Positions 23,100-36,874 of a DNA stretch of 64,000 nt are shown piece after piece. Below the pieces are notes generated by a model. That model had not been told where the DNA came from, did no database searches, and saw nothing but the letters and a program-made list of their open reading frames with translations. How positions within the stretch are numbered: the stretch's first letter is position 1; each line of letters starts with the position of its first letter. The stretch is from positions 310,001 to 374,000 of the forward strand of contig OY253674.1 in the NCBI GenBank assembly GCA_958009085.1, given 5' to 3'. Both the position numbers and the translations under genes were made by a program. Source of the DNA: Protoeuglena noctilucae (Eukaryota).

Positions 23100-24236
23100 T
23101 CAAAGGACGCGCGTGTCGGCCGCACGCCCTGGCCTGGGTTTGGGAGCCTTGTCTCCCGCCCCTCCCAGCTGGGTCCACCGGAACTCCCTCAGCTCCTCGA
23201 TCCCCATCCGCCCGATCTCCATCTCCAAGACCTCGCGGGTCGAAGCCAGCGGGTCGTCCACCACGAGGACCATTGGCTTGGCTTGGGGCACGACCCCGGC
23301 CTCCACCGACCGCAGGTCGATCGATTGCGGGGTGGACGGGGTCGGGGGCGGCCGGAAGAAGGCCCACCCGGACGAGGCCGCCGACGCCGCTCCCAGAGAT
23401 CGGGCCGATGCGGCAGAGGCGGGCCGATTCTGAGGCCGGTTCTGAGGCGCACGCTCGGCAGTGCGGGACCCAGGACCCCCCGAGTGGCCGCGAGTGACCG
23501 GGGTTTGCGCCCCTGCCTTTGTGCTCCCTGCGTTGTCTCTCCTTGTGGATGAGGCCACTGCTTTGGGCGGGGCGCGAGGTGGCCGTCCTAGCTCATGGGA
23601 TGCGGAGGGCTGGGCCGTGTCTGCCGTCGCATCTCCCCTGGCGCCATCCTCGGGCGGACCCTTCTCCCCAGCAGGCTCCGCGCTGGGCCTGCATCGGGAA
23701 GGGGGCAAGGTGGGCTCTGGAGGGGCAACGCCATGCTCGTCGTGGTCGAGGGGTGCGGCATTCAGAGCCTGACGCGGCTCAGTGTGGCAACCCTGACCTG
23801 GTGGCGCTGGTGGCGGGTTGGACGAACGTGTCGCGATACGAGGAGCTGAGGACCTTCGGAGACGAGCCAACGAATAGCTGAACGCTTGACTCAAGATGCC
23901 TTTTCGACGACGACGTGCTCGCGAGCGCCTTCTGGGCCTCCGCTTGTGCCGGCCGATTGTCGTCCGGAACGTCCGATGCTCCCCTCACGACCGGGACCCC
24001 CAGGGTGGACAGCGCCGTGCTCGGTCTGCACAGTGGAGGGTAATGTGAACGTGGATGGCGGCGACAGGCGGCGGGCGATCGACATGGGGCCCCTGCCGTG
24101 GCCCACATGGCGCCATGGTGTGCCCCACCTCATCGGCCAGAGTCTCCCGTTAGTCGTTGGGATGCCAGTCCCGGGGAGGCACGTCAATGCACTGGCAGCG
24201 CGCGGATCCACGGGCGCGCTCGGTCAGCCTGGCCAT
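23100..24236 (-). CDS. Hypothetical spliced protein
   Basis: Coding-like terminal exon (PMVLVVDDPLASTREVLEMEIGRMGIEELREFRWTQL) with upstream ORFs that fill the gap between ISN1 and PP2A-A. The 5' end is uncertain. Confidence 0.4.
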
Positions 24237-24415
24237 TCTGACGAACGCGAAACGCCGTCGAACGCGAAGTGCTCGCCAGCGCCCGCCCCTACGACCCAGC
24301 AGTTCCTGTGCTGTTGCTCCCTGCACCCTGGTCGGATCCGCGGTGGTTCTGCAGCCTGTAACGCCGGGAGGCACGCGTAAACGCTGCAGCGCCCAGGCGG
24401 GGCGCGGAAGGAAGG

Positions 24416-26871
24416 ATGGACGGGGCCGGTGCGGACTCGCTGTACCCCATAGCGGTTCTGATCGACGAGCTGAAGAATGAGGACATCACGCTGCGGCTGA
24501 ACAGCATTCGGAAGCTGAGCACCATCGCCCTGGCGCTCGGGGAGGATCGGACGGTGCGGGAGCTCATCCCGTTCCTGAAAGACTCGACGGATGATGAGGA
24601 TGAGGTCCTCCTCGCGATGGCGGACGAGCTGGGCAACTTCGTCCAGGTGGGCCGCTGCCGGGAAGGCCGACTCCTCCAGCCCAGGCGCCCCAACCTCGGG
24701 GACGGGCCCGTCGCCATTGTGATCTGGAGATTGCGCGACGGCATGCGGCTCGGCGGGCGTCGTCGCGCCGGGAGCGCGCAGAGCGGGTCCGACCTTTGAC
24801 TGGGGTCTTTTCCTTGAATGCCTCGAGCGCATGGGGGCTTGTGGGACGCTTGCGTCCCTCCCATCGGAGCCTCTTGGATTCAATCTGCTGGCCGCCGCTT
24901 TTGGAAGTCGCGCAGAAGCGGAAGGGGCCCAGCAGGCTGGTGCAGCGAGTGGGGCTGCCGACTGCCGCGCCGGGGCGACCTGCGGGACCCATCCCCGCCG
25001 CTCTTGCGCGCAGTACGTGGGCGGGTCTCGAAATGCCTTCTGTCTGCTGGATCCGCTGGAGCAGCTGGCCATGGTGGAGGAGACGGTCGTGCGGGACAAG
25101 GCGGTCGAGTCCATCAACAAAGTCAATGACCAGATCTCCGACGCCCACATCGCGCAGTACAGCGTCCCGATGCTCAAGCGCCTCGTATCCGCCGAGCTCT
25201 TCCCCGCCCGCGTCTCCTCCTGCTCCATGTTTGTCCCCATCTACAAGCGCTGCCCCTCGCACCTGCGTGTGGAGCTCCGGCAGAGCTTCGCCAGGTGCGC
25301 CCGCCGGCCCTCTCACGCTCGTGTCGTTTGTGGCCATGGAAGGCCCGGAAACGAAGCTGCACTTCCACCTGCAGGCTGTGTCGGGACGACACCCCGATGG
25401 TGCGGCGCGCGGCGGCCAGCAACCTGGCCAAGTTCGCGCACGCCGTGGAGGCCGAGGCGGTGGCCCACGAGCTCCTGCCGCTGCTCATCGAGCTCACGAA
25501 CGACGACCAGGACTCGGTGCGGCTCCTGGCGGTCGAGGGGTGCGGGGGCATGGCGCGCCTCCTGCCCAAGGCGGACCTGATCAACTCCATCCTCCCCGTC
25601 GTCAAGACGTACGCCGGCGACAAGTCCTGGCGCGTGCGCTACAACGTCGCGCAGCAGCTGGTCAACATGTGCGAGGCTTTCGGCGTCGACACGGCCACCA
25701 AGGTGCCGCTGCTCAGGCCGCCGCGCCCCGCGCCGCCTGCGCCGCGCAGGCCCGGGGCCGTTCCCGCGACCGCTCCGCGTTCCCGGTCCGCAGGAGCTCA
25801 CGTCCCTGTATGCGCGACTCCTGGGCGATAACGAGGCCGAGGTCCGGGTGGCGGCGTCGTCCAAGCTCGCCGACGTCTCGCGCCTCCTGCAGCCGTCCGC
25901 CGTGACGCAGCAGATCCTACCGTGCGTCAAGACGCTCGCGCAGGACTCGAGCCAGTACGTGCGGTCGGCGGTGGCCGGCTCCGTGATGGAGCTGGCGCCC
26001 ATTGTCGGCAAGGACATGACTGTCACGCACCTCCTGCCCCTCTTCCTCGACCTCCTGAAGGACGACATCCCCGAGGTCCGCCTCAACATCATCTCCAAGC
26101 TCGACCACGCCTCCAAGGTAATCGGCATCGACCTCCTCTCGCAGTCCCTGCTCCCTGCCATCCAGGAGCTGTCCGAGGACCAGCACTGGCGTGTGCGCTT
26201 AGCCATCATCGAGCACGTGCCCCTCCTCGCGCGGCAGCTGGGGCAGTCCTTCTTCCAGGCGAGCCCCGCCCAGCCCGTGCCTGGCGCCACGGTGCCCGCG
26301 GCCCCGCGTCACGTGCGGCCCCTCCCGCCCCGCAGGACAAGCTGGGGGCGCAGTGCATGAAGTGGCTGGAGGACAAGGTGTACTCGATCCGGGAGGCGGC
26401 GACCAAGATCCTCGCGCAACTGGCCAAGGAGTTCGGGGAGGGCTGGGTCCGCGACATCATTCCCAAGGTCGTCGACATGTCCCGCAACCCCCACTACCTG
26501 TACCGCCTCAGCATCCTCTGGACGCTCCACAAGCTGGCCGCCGAGGTCAGCCGTGACACGCTCTGCACCGCCGTGCTCCCGGTCGTCATGGAGCGCGCCA
26601 AGGACCGGGTCGCCAATGTAAAGTTCAACGTGGCCAAGGTCCTGCAGGGCGTGGTGCCCCTGGTGGACAGGTGCGGGAGCGCCGGGGCCGCGCTAGAGAC
26701 ATGGCGCGTTGTCTGTGGGGATCCTCGACGCCAGGGTGCCTCGGCCGGCGCAGGGCGTACCTCGAGGGGACCGTCAAGCCGTGCCTCAAGGAGCTGCTCG
26801 CGGATCCCGACTTCGACGTCAAGTACCACGCGTTCCTGGCGCTGGAGGCCTGCAACTCCGCCATGGCTTGA
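24416..26871 (+). CDS. PPP2R1A: Protein phosphatase 2A scaffold (A/PR65) subunit
   Basis: [79 protein letters not shown] and [16 protein letters not shown] repeats. Confidence 0.97.
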
Positions 26872-27816
26872 GGCAGGCGGCCAGGCTGGCCGCGCGTCGC
26901 AAAGGGACGCACCAGTGTGTTTGAACATCTCTCTGCTGTTTTAGAAGTGTCAGCCAAGCTCCGCTGCAAAGCCATGGACGAGATTGTGTCCACGAGCATG
27001 CGCGGGGTGAAGGGGACCGAGCTCGGGCTGAGAGCGATGGCTGCACCCGCCAGTTCTGACTGGCGACGTGATTGCTCCACCTGAAGGCTGGCGCGAGGGT
27101 CGAGGCGTGGCCAGAACAGTGCGTAAATCGTGTGCTTCTCTGCCTGCCATGTCGCCCGGTGCTCTAAGGAGCGGCTTTGCGGGTGGAGTGGCCGCGAGCA
27201 ATGCCGCCTCTGGGGTCGTGGCAGCATGGCGCGCCCAACCAGGTGACGGCCTTCCCGAGCTGCTCGGGGGGTGCCCCGCCCTCGATAGCCCGTCGGGGAG
27301 CGGCCGCGCGGAGGCCGGTCCATTTTACCAGCCCTCCTCGCGCTCGCCCCTCGACCGCTCCGGGCGATGGCGTCCCGAGCAGCCGCGCGACTCACGTGCG
27401 TTGTTTGCCGAGCGAAGGCGCCCCGACCTGCGGCGTGCGGCGCGCCCGGACATCGGGGTCCTGTGCTCCCGGGCACGCCTCGCTCGGGGGCCGACGTCCA
27501 TCTCGGGCTCTCGGCCACACCATTTTCTCCCCACGGCATCGTCCGCTATCCCCGCGGCGCAGCCCCCGGGCGCAGTGCCGATGCATAGGGCCTCGCGTCC
27601 TGCGATTGCATCGCCGGGGGTGCCGTGCCTCCGCTCGCCGCACGGAGCGCTAGTGCCGGGCTCGCCCTGTCCCGGTCGGGTGGTCCGGGACGCGCGGGGA
27701 TGGCACTGCGCGCGGGGCCGTGACCACTCGGCCCCCAGTCGATTGCTCGCGACCCTGGGGCCCCGCGAGCGCCGAGGCCGCGGGCGAACGCGTCCCTTCC
27801 CTTGTTTTGAGCGCAG

Positions 27817-30623
27817 GGAAGAGGCCGAGGCCATGGAAAAGTCCTGGCGCAGGCCGGCCGAGGGAGGCGGAGCTTGGAAAATCACCTGCATGAGCCACAC
27901 GTCGCGCACCACGAGGTGAGCGGTGCCTTTGTTTGGGTGACATCGGCTGGCGGGTCTTGGAGGGCCTCGGCGCCCCGCCGCGCTCGGAGCGGTCGGCTCG
28001 ACAGCCAGCCCACCTCGGTCCGCGAATGTGGGGAGCGGAGGTCGCCGGGGGGCCCCCGGACTTGCCCTCCCACTGCGGATGCCGTCTACGCGCGCAGGTG
28101 GAGGCTTTTGGGCCGGAGGAGCCCCGCACCTGCCCGCTGTGCATCGAGAACTTGGACGAGACGGAGCTGGACTTCTACCCCTGCCGGTGCGGCTACCAGG
28201 TCTGCCTCTTCTGCTACGATCGGCTAAAGAAGGAGTACGGGGCGCAGTGTCCCAAGTGCCGGACCGAGTACGGCGACCCGGTGGACCCCTCGGAAGTGAT
28301 TGCCAAGGACGCAGTGGAGGTGGCGCACAAGCCGGCCCTGACCTCCCGGCCGAGGCCGGCGCCGCCCGCGAGGCCCATCAAGGTCGCGTCCGTCGCCACG
28401 GTGGGGCCCCGGCCCGCGCCCTCCCGGGCGACCAACGTGCCGCAGCGCAACTCGATGGACCCCTCCGCCCGCATCCTCGGGAGCGCGTCGTGGGCCTCCC
28501 CGGGCTCCTCCTTCCCGCAGCCGTCCTCCCAGCCGGGGAGCGGCAGCCCCCGCCTCGACGCAGGGCCGCCCCTGCACGGGCCGGCCAATGGGCACGCACC
28601 GCCGCCCCCGCCCGTGCCTGCGCCCCCGCCCGGGCCTCCTCCCGCGCCCGCGGCGCAGGTTTCGGGACCCGCCGAGTCGCACCCGCCGGCCGTGGACTCC
28701 CCATGGCCCGTTCTCGGCAGTGCTCACGCCACGCAGACCCAGGGGCCCCAGCGGACGGCGAAGGACGCCCTGACCCGGCCCAAGAAGGACGACTCGGCGG
28801 CGCACAAGGGGCCGGCGATTGGGACCATGGTGCGCGCGCGCGGGACTTGCATGCGGAGACGCTCTCGCCGCAGCTGGTTTGGATGTCCCAGGACAGCCTT
28901 GGCCTCTTGACCCCCGCAGATGTCGCTGGGCTCGATCGCGCGCACCGCCACGCCCACGCCCACGTCGCAGCACGAGATGGCCGGCAGCGGGGTGGTGTCC
29001 CTCGGGCGCGTGACCACCCCTCGTGCAGCTACGGGGGCGGCCGCCGGGGCGGGACGGGGCTTTGGGAGGATCGGGGATGCGGGGGCGGCAGGGGCGCCGG
29101 GGACTGCGGCAAGGGTGTCGGGGGCGGCGGCGAAGGCCGCTGCAGGGGCGGCACCCAAGGCTTCACAGCAGGACGCCTCGGGTCGGGTCTCGGACAGGGC
29201 GGTTGGCGCGGGGGCGGCTGATGGGGATGTCGCCCGCAGCGCCTTGGGCGGGCGCCCCAAGCCGGCTGTCCCGCCTGGCATGCCCATCCCGGCCAGCCTG
29301 CGCGGCGAGGGCGCGGGTGGTTTGGGGGCGGGCGTGGGCACGGGCGCTGCGTCTGGGGCTTTCCTGGGAGGGGGTCTGGCCGGGGCCGCGAGTCCCTCCG
29401 ACGGGGACGCGGAGGGCGCGGGGACCGAGTGCATCGGGCTGGGTGCCCAGGTCAAGCGTGGCAGCACGCCCTCCCTCGCCGCAATGGCACAGCACGCCGC
29501 GGAGCGTGGCTATGGGGTGCGTACGCGGGGATTGCAGGGCTGGGCGTCGCCGAGTTGGTGTCTGCTTGAGTTTTGTCCGATTAGCGATCCTGTTAGCCTG
29601 CAGGACGCATTTGGCAATGAGGTTTTGGACGGCAAGCCATCGACGTCGCATGGCGGGCTCCTGGGGGCCCATGGGGTGGGGCCGGACAGGCGTGCCCCCG
29701 GCACAGGGCCCGCGGGGGATATGGGCCGCGGCGCGCCGGCCGCACGGGACGAGAACGGCACCCACGGTCTGGCGCTGTCCGGGGGATTACAGGGCGGCAT
29801 GCTGGGGGGCCCCGTGGAGCCCATTCCCGGTGCCCAGGCGCTCCAATCGCAGGTGGAGAGCGCGATCGGGCGTGGGGAGATTAGCACGCAGGTGAGGCGG
29901 GGTAGCAGAGGCGCAGTGCACGATAGGGGTGGCGCGGACGACGGGTACAGAGGGAAACGTGCGACGGGTTTGCCCGTGCAGGAGGCCGCGAAGAGGCTTT
30001 TGGCGCTGCTGCAGTGGGGGCACCAGAAGGGTCCGGGGGCGCCTGGTGTGGCACAGTCGGGGCCTCCGCCAGGGATGGTGGCCCTCGGGCCCAGGAGTGG
30101 TGCCCTGCCCGGGGGCCCAGGGTCGCAGGGGTGGGGGCCGCATCCGGGGTATCGGGTTGGGGATGGCGCGGGGTGGCAAGCGTCCGGGGGGTTCGGGGAA
30201 ATGGCGGCAGGGGCGGCCAACAGCGGTCGTGGGCACGGGGGAGCAGAAGGGCGGGGCGGCTCCGGGGCCGAGATGGGGCCTCTGCCGGGCCCGAAGCGGC
30301 CGCCGCCGGGGTTCGGGACGGGGCCCATGGGCGGCGTCGGGGCTGGGCCGGTGGGAGGTGGGGTGGGGGTCGGGGTGGACTCCGTGGGCATGGCGCCCCG
30401 GTTCGACATGTGGGGAGGCCTGGGCGCGCTCGGGCACGGGGTCGGGGCCGAGGGTCCGCGGGGTTTTGACGGTTTGTGGGGGGGTGCGCAGCCTGGGGGC
30501 TTCGGGGCGGGCTTCTGGGGGTCGGGTCCACCTCGGCCTGAAGTGAACGCGAGCGGGCCGGCACCGGGCGCGGGGAGTAGCAAGCCGGGTGGGGTGCACA
30601 AGCCACTTTATGCACGCCGATAG
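27817..30623 (+). CDS. NOT4/CNOT4-type C4C4 RING protein with a long Pro/Gly-rich tail; start codon further upstream and unresolved
   Basis: CPLCIENLDETELDFYPCRCGYQVCLFCYDRL...CPKCRTEY, with a C-terminal RPPPGF motif. Confidence 0.8.
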
Positions 30624-30838
30624 TGCGGGCGACGCGCGACGGGGGGCGCGCGATGCTTGAAAGTGTGGTGTGTCTGACGCACCTGGGGCGGCCCCCACCC
30701 CGCGGCCTTTGACCGGAAACGGCCGCTGCTGCAGTGAAAGGCTACTATTCACGAGTGCGATTGAGAGGTGGCGGGGCAGGGAATGCAGCGCACACTCGGT
30801 GGCAATGCGTTGAAGTGACGGGGAGTGACGAGTCAAAG

Positions 30839-32378
30839 ATGGAGGCCGGAGAACGCGCATACTATAGCGACACCGATCGCGTGCTCCGCCCGCGCCGGCG
30901 CGGCTGGGATGTGGGGCACCACGCTGCGGAGGGAGAGAGATGCGGGGCGCGGGCACTGTTGCATGACTTCGGGCGCGACGAGGAGGAGCGCGTCGCGGAA
31001 GGGGCCAAGAGTGTGTCTGCGCGGGACACAGAAAACTTGTTTGTCAACGCCGCGACGCCGGAGCCCAGGCTAAAGGGGTGAGTTCTCGTCACACTCGCGA
31101 GGCTCGAGTTGAGGCGCGCTTTCCTCGCCTGAAGTCATCCTAGCGATCGCCGGTTTCCATCTGCAGGCCTTTGAGTCCAACCGGTGCTATTTGCGACGCC
31201 AGCAGTTGGATGTCCTCCCCGATGGCGACCGTGCAGGACGGCGCATGGCGCCCCGCGCCCCGCACGGCGCCCCCTCGCGGCTCCCGGTCGACGCGGACGA
31301 GGTCGCGCACGGTGCAGGCTGCCGGGCCCACAGGTGCGCATGCGTCGGTGGCGTTGCGCGTCATGCTCGCTCGCGCAGAGTGTGGGTCACACGCAGACTA
31401 CCTGCCGCACCTGCAGCGAGGCGAGCGAGGGCGCCGGTCCTCTCCCGGACGCCAGCGCCTGCAGCCGACATGCCCGCGGTTCCCAAGGACGTGCGGGCCG
31501 CGCTGGCCACGCTGGATGGGTGGCTGGCCTCGTGCGTCCGACAGGCGGACGTTGGCTCAACGGGGGCGATCGCGGCAGTGTCGTGCAGGCGCGCCGAGTC
31601 GTCTCGCGAGGCGCAGAGGCTCCTGAGGGAGGTGGCGGAAGCGTCCAAGGTGCTGAAGGTGGCTGGGGTCGTGGCGGAGGCTGAGGCGCTGGCGTCACGA
31701 GGGCAGGTGGCGGCGGCGGTGGGGGCGCTGATTAAAGCGGACGCGGAGCTGCAGCGGGAGACGCGGACGGACGGGCGCGAGGAGAGGTGGGGACCAGGGC
31801 CCGCCGACGGAGCGGCCGCGGTGGGCGGGGTGCCAGACGCGTGGTGTGCACGTACTCGCGGGCACGAAGCCTTGCTGGTCGAGGCGCGGGCGGAGGCGCG
31901 CACAAGGGTGCAGGGGTGCCTGCTCGCGTTGGTGCGGGCCATCGGTGGGAGCCCGGCAGCACCGGCGCCTGCGGTTGAGTGCTGGGGGGCTGGAGACCCC
32001 TTGGGCAGCTACGAGAGGGCCGAGGGGGGCCTCCCTGTGGTGCCCGAGGAGCCTGGGGCGGCTGCGGGGTGCGGGTACGCGAGGGGCAACGGGGAAGCGA
32101 CAGCATGGATGGGACTGGCAGAGTCCTTGCCCCCCAAGGCCGCTCTGCAGTGCCTGGGGATGATCCAGGTCAGTGAGGCATATGTGTGAGTTTTACCAAC
32201 GTTTCATGCTGGCTCACCGCAGCTGCAATAAGCGCAACGTAGTTCTCGCACCCAGGCGCATTTGGAAGGCGTGGGTGCCGCCCAAGGAGGACCCGAGTGC
32301 CAGGAAGGGCTGGACTGCCTGAAACGGGCCGTCAGGGACTCCGTCATCGCGGCTGCTGAGCGCATTGCCAGAAGCTGA
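30839..32378 (+). CDS. Hypothetical spliced protein
   Basis: MEAGERAYYSDTDRVLRP exon with a GTGAGT donor, a long helical exon (VPKDVRAALATLDGWLASC...) and a terminal exon ending AERIARS*. No recognisable domain. Confidence 0.5.
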
Positions 32379-32554
32379 CTTTTCGTTGAAGAGCTTGCAT
32401 CGGCGGTTTGAGAAAGGAACGGTTTGGCTGGTTGAAAAGGCCCCGTGACATGTTTGTTGGTGTGGCTGCTAACGTGCAGAGAGCCTGCTATCGACCTCGC
32501 CCTTCCCGGAGACCTCTCTGTGCTCGACTTGTCGCTGCCGCGTGGAGACCAGTC

Positions 32555-35500
32555 ATGGATGGCTCCTCCCAGGCCAACGCGACCGAGGCGGTCGTGCGCC
32601 ACCTTCGCATGGATCTAGACGTCCTATTCCAATCGAAGACCATCGTCGGCTTGGTCCGTGCGTCCGTTGAGGTTCTCGGGGAAGCCCAGACGGTGGCCTT
32701 GGACACGGTACGGCGCTGACGGAGTTGCAGAGCAACTATTTCTTTGCCCTGGGTTCTTGAGCCTCTCAAACGCTGTACCTGCCTTCTGCAGCGCGATCTG
32801 GACATACAAAGCGCCTGGATCAATGGCGAGCCTGCGCAGTTCACGCTGCACGGCCCGCATCCGGTCCTGGGCGCAAAACTGGACGTACGCATCCCACCAG
32901 CGCCCCGAGGCTCGCGCGTCGACGTCGACGTGCTGTTCCAGACCTCCCCGTCGAGCTCTGCACTCCAGTTCTTGACGCCGGAGCAGACGGCGGGCGGCAA
33001 GCACCCGTACCTCTTCAGCCAATGCCAGGCCATTCACGCGAGGTCGTTCGTGCCTTGCCAAGACACGCCGGGGGCCAAGATAACGTACGAAGGTGACATG
33101 TGATTGCGTCTGCGGGGGTCACGCGCGTGAGCTGCACACCTCTCAGTCCTCTCGGTCCTTCGTGCTGAGAGCACGAGGGACCTTGTTTCCGTGCCCTGTG
33201 TGCCGCAGCCTCCGTCCGCTGCCCCGCTCCCCTGCGTGCGGTCATGAGCGCGGTCCCCGTGGATGGCCAAGGGCGGACCTTCTTGCCGTACAGCCCTCTC
33301 AAGTGAGAACGGCACCCGCACTCGCCCATGCATGCCTCTATGCACACCTCTCAGTGCCCTCATCACGACGCCCCGACACCCGCAGCACACCTCGTGACGC
33401 GAGCGAGGTCTTCCACTTCCACCAAGCCGTCTCCATCCCTTCCTACCTGCTCGCCATTGCCGTGGGCAACCTCGGTGACGGGCCGCCTCCTCCTTCGGCA
33501 TTCCCACAACACGCATGCAGCATGCAGCAATGCCACGGCACGCAAGCACGCACTATGGGCAACGCCTCCCACCCTCCCACCCTTACACCCTCACTCTCCC
33601 TCCTCGCAGTCTCCCGCGACATCGGCCCACGCAGCGCCGTCTGGTCGGAGCCAGAGACGGTCAACAGCGGGGCGTACAAGTTCGCCGACACGGAGCGGAT
33701 CCTGTCCACGGCCGAGGCACTCGCGGGGCCTTACGTGTGGGGCAGGTACGACCTCCTCTTGCTGCCGCCGTCGTTCCCTTACGGCGGCATGGAGAACCCG
33801 TGCCTTACGTTCGTCACGCCCACGCTGCTGGCCGGGGACCGCTCCCTGGTCAACGTGGTGGCCCACGAGATCGCGCACAGCTGGACGGGTGCGTAATGGT
33901 ATGGTTGAGGTTGGTGGAACGTGGGGTGCAGGACATGGGTGGCCCACAGGGACTCTGTTGCGGGGCAGGCCATGCGCGGGCATGCCCTGGCAAGGATGGC
34001 GCTGACACGGTGGATGGGTGACGCGGTGTTTGCCGCAGGTAACCTGGTGACGAATGCGAGGTGGGAGGACTTCTGGCTCAACGAGGGCTGGACAGTGTTT
34101 CTGGAGCGCAAGATCATTGGGCGCATCGACGGCGAGCAGGCCCGGCAGTTCCACGCCAGTCAGGTGACGCGAACCGTCGCAGCGCACGTCCAATTGCTGT
34201 CAACGCGTCTCTCGCCCCACCAGTGTATCAGTTCGTGACTGTGTCATGGCCATGGAGCCGCTCAATGCAAGTCGGGAACACAAGCCTGGACTCCTTGGAC
34301 CCCCCTCCAGGGTTACCTGGCCCTCCAGCAGACCGTCGAGCAGATCGGCGCAGAGCACAACTTCACGCGGCTCGTGCCTGACCTGGGCGGGGGCGTGGAC
34401 CCAGACGAGGCGTTTTCGAAAGTGCCGTACGAGAAAGGGAGCTACTTCCTCATGTATCTCGAGTCGCTCGTGGGCGGGCCGAGGTGAGGTGGCGCCAGCA
34501 GCGTTTGACTGCACTCGCAGTGCGTGACTCGTGAGCAGCGGATCGTGCTCTGGGGCGCCTGCGCTAGGCAGGGACGCAGTCGCAAGGCGCGTGTCCTACT
34601 GCTTGCAGCGTTTTCGAGCGCTTCCTGCGCGCCTATTTGGACCGTTTTGCATGGAAGACGGTCACCACCGAAGAGTTCAGGCGATTTTTCACGGAATATT
34701 TCCAGGCCAAGTGCCCGGAGGCATTGGACCGCATCGACTGGGACACGTGGCTGTTTGCACCGGGGATGCCCCCGCAGGTGCGGCAATGCCGGGCGCTGCG
34801 GGCCGGGCTTTGGATCCTGTAAAGCTGCCAAGGATGTGGTGGAGATGTGGTGCAGACTGCAGCCATTGGCATGGCTGGGTGGAGTCGCTTACTGTCGCCC
34901 ACTCTGGCACGTGGGTGCAGGTCCAGAAATTCGATGAGACGCTGAGTCAGGCGGCGACGAGGCTGGCTGAGCGGTGGCACACGGCAGATTTGATGGGTGT
35001 GGGAGTGAAAGACCTGCAGCAGGCGAGGGCGGGGTGCCGCAGGGTCGTGGTGTGCATCGGGGCTGCCTGACGGCTTTTTTGTGGCGTGGGCATCAAGTGA
35101 TGTGAGCGTTGGTGTGCGAGGGGCTGGTATAAGGGACCATGCCATGCTGAGGTTGTTACGGAAAGGAAATCATCGAGAGCGCGGCACATCACAGGCGGGG
35201 CCTGCACGGTCCCCTGCAAGTGTGACCGTGCCGTGCCCGTCGGCGCCCGCAGTTCTCGCCGACGGACGTGGAGGGGTGGAGCGCGGAGCAGACGGTGGCG
35301 TTCCTGGAGCGACTGCTGCGTCTGCGGCGCGGGAAGGGCGTTCACTGCTCGACGACGCGGGCGCTGGGAGACGTGTACGGCCTCAGCGGGACGCGCAACG
35401 CGGAGATCCGCTTCTCCTTCCTAAAGCTCAGGTGGGCTTCACAGTGTTGCAAAGCAGAGTCTCCCTGTCACCTCCGCCCCTCCACCCCTCCCTCTCACCT

Positions 35501-35763
35501 CCTCCTCCACCCCTCCCTGTCACCTCCACCCCTCCACCACTCCCTCTCACCGCCCCAGGATTGCGTCTGAGGACGACGCAGCACTCCCGGACGTCTCAGC
35601 TTTCCTCAAGGAACAGGGACGCATGAAATACGTCCGGCCGCTGTTCCGGGCCCTCAAGGCATCCAAAATGGGGGCGTCACTCGCGCCCGAGCTGTTTTCG
35701 AGCGCGAGGGGGCTCTACCACCCCGTATGCGCCAAGATGGTCGCGCACGACCTGGGCGTGTGA
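32555..35763 (+). CDS. LTA4H: Leukotriene A4 hydrolase-like M1 aminopeptidase
   Basis: [63 protein letters not shown] and [10 protein letters not shown]. Confidence 0.96.
35461..35556. repeat. C/T-rich degenerate tandem repeat in the last LTA4H intron
   Basis: Repeated CCTCCACCCCTCCCT(C/G)TCA-like units. Confidence 0.7.
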
Positions 35764-36874
35764 TGGCGGGATGACTTTGAGCGGGAGGCTTTCCTTGTTG
35801 GAAGCTTGATGTCCCGATGTCAGTGCATGTTTGGGCGCCTAGGCATGATGAGCGTGGCACCAGCAAGCAGGATATTCAAACCAAGCCGCCCTAGATTGTT
35901 GAGCTAGATTACGAGGTCAAATCACGGCTACATCGGCAGCACGCTAGCGCCCAGCGCCTGCGGCTGCTGAAGGCCGCGTGAAGCACCCTGTGCCAACTCT
36001 GGGGGCCCGTGAGGGAGCCCACCAGAGCGGCGGAGCTGGGCCAACAATGGCCTTTGATAAGCGGCACAACGAACGCCTGCTTTGGCAGGCTGAAGTCGAC
36101 GGGTGGGGGAGGGGAAAGGGCTGCCCGCGGGTGGCGGGGCCGGCAAAGCGTGGCATACGGCGTAGAAACTGGCGCCGTGGGGGCCGTTCTGGAGACACAA
36201 GTTGCAGTGAGTGGCGCGGGGCGGAACGAATCATCAGTTCGAGGCCAGCTGCTGGGCGCCCCGACCCGCAACCGACGCGCTGTGGCGAGGCTGCCATCGG
36301 CGCGCATCGTGCAAGGCGGCGTGCGCCGACCCGGCTGGCCTGGAGCGCCGCCGGAATTGCGCGCCAGCGAAGACGGCATCAAAGGCCGGAGCTGCTCTCG
36401 CGGGCGGTGCAGCGGAGTGCACAGGCCAGCACACGCTATGGCAGGGGTGGCCAGGAAAGCGCGGACCAGGAAAGCGGGCAAGGAAGGAGGGTCCGCGCAA
36501 AGGGGGACAATGGGGGGTAAAGCGGTAGGATTACGCAGGCTAAGACTACGCTGGTCGAAAACGCCGACGCCCAGCCTGCTGCCGGGGCCGCGAGGGTTGC
36601 CTGATGCAGGGCCATGCTAACCCCACACCGGGAACTGGGTGGCATGCAGGCGTGAGCGTCGGCGCGGCAAGTGCAGAGGTGCCCGCCACGCTGGCCGGGC
36701 ATGGCGAGAGGAGGGAGAAAGGGACACGCGGGCACGGGCGCGCCGTCCTGGCCAAAACACGAGAAACATGAGACGAGAGCCTCGCACCCGCCGCCGCCGC
36801 CGACGCACAGGTGCTTTGCGAAAACATAGTTGGGAACCACCACCGCCGCTGTCGTCCCCGTCTTGTCGTCACGG

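Noticed and set aside
35800..36870. ORFs of 180-205 aa between LTA4H and the kinase
   Set aside because: No motifs or convincing exon structure. More likely the 3' UTRs of the two convergent genes.
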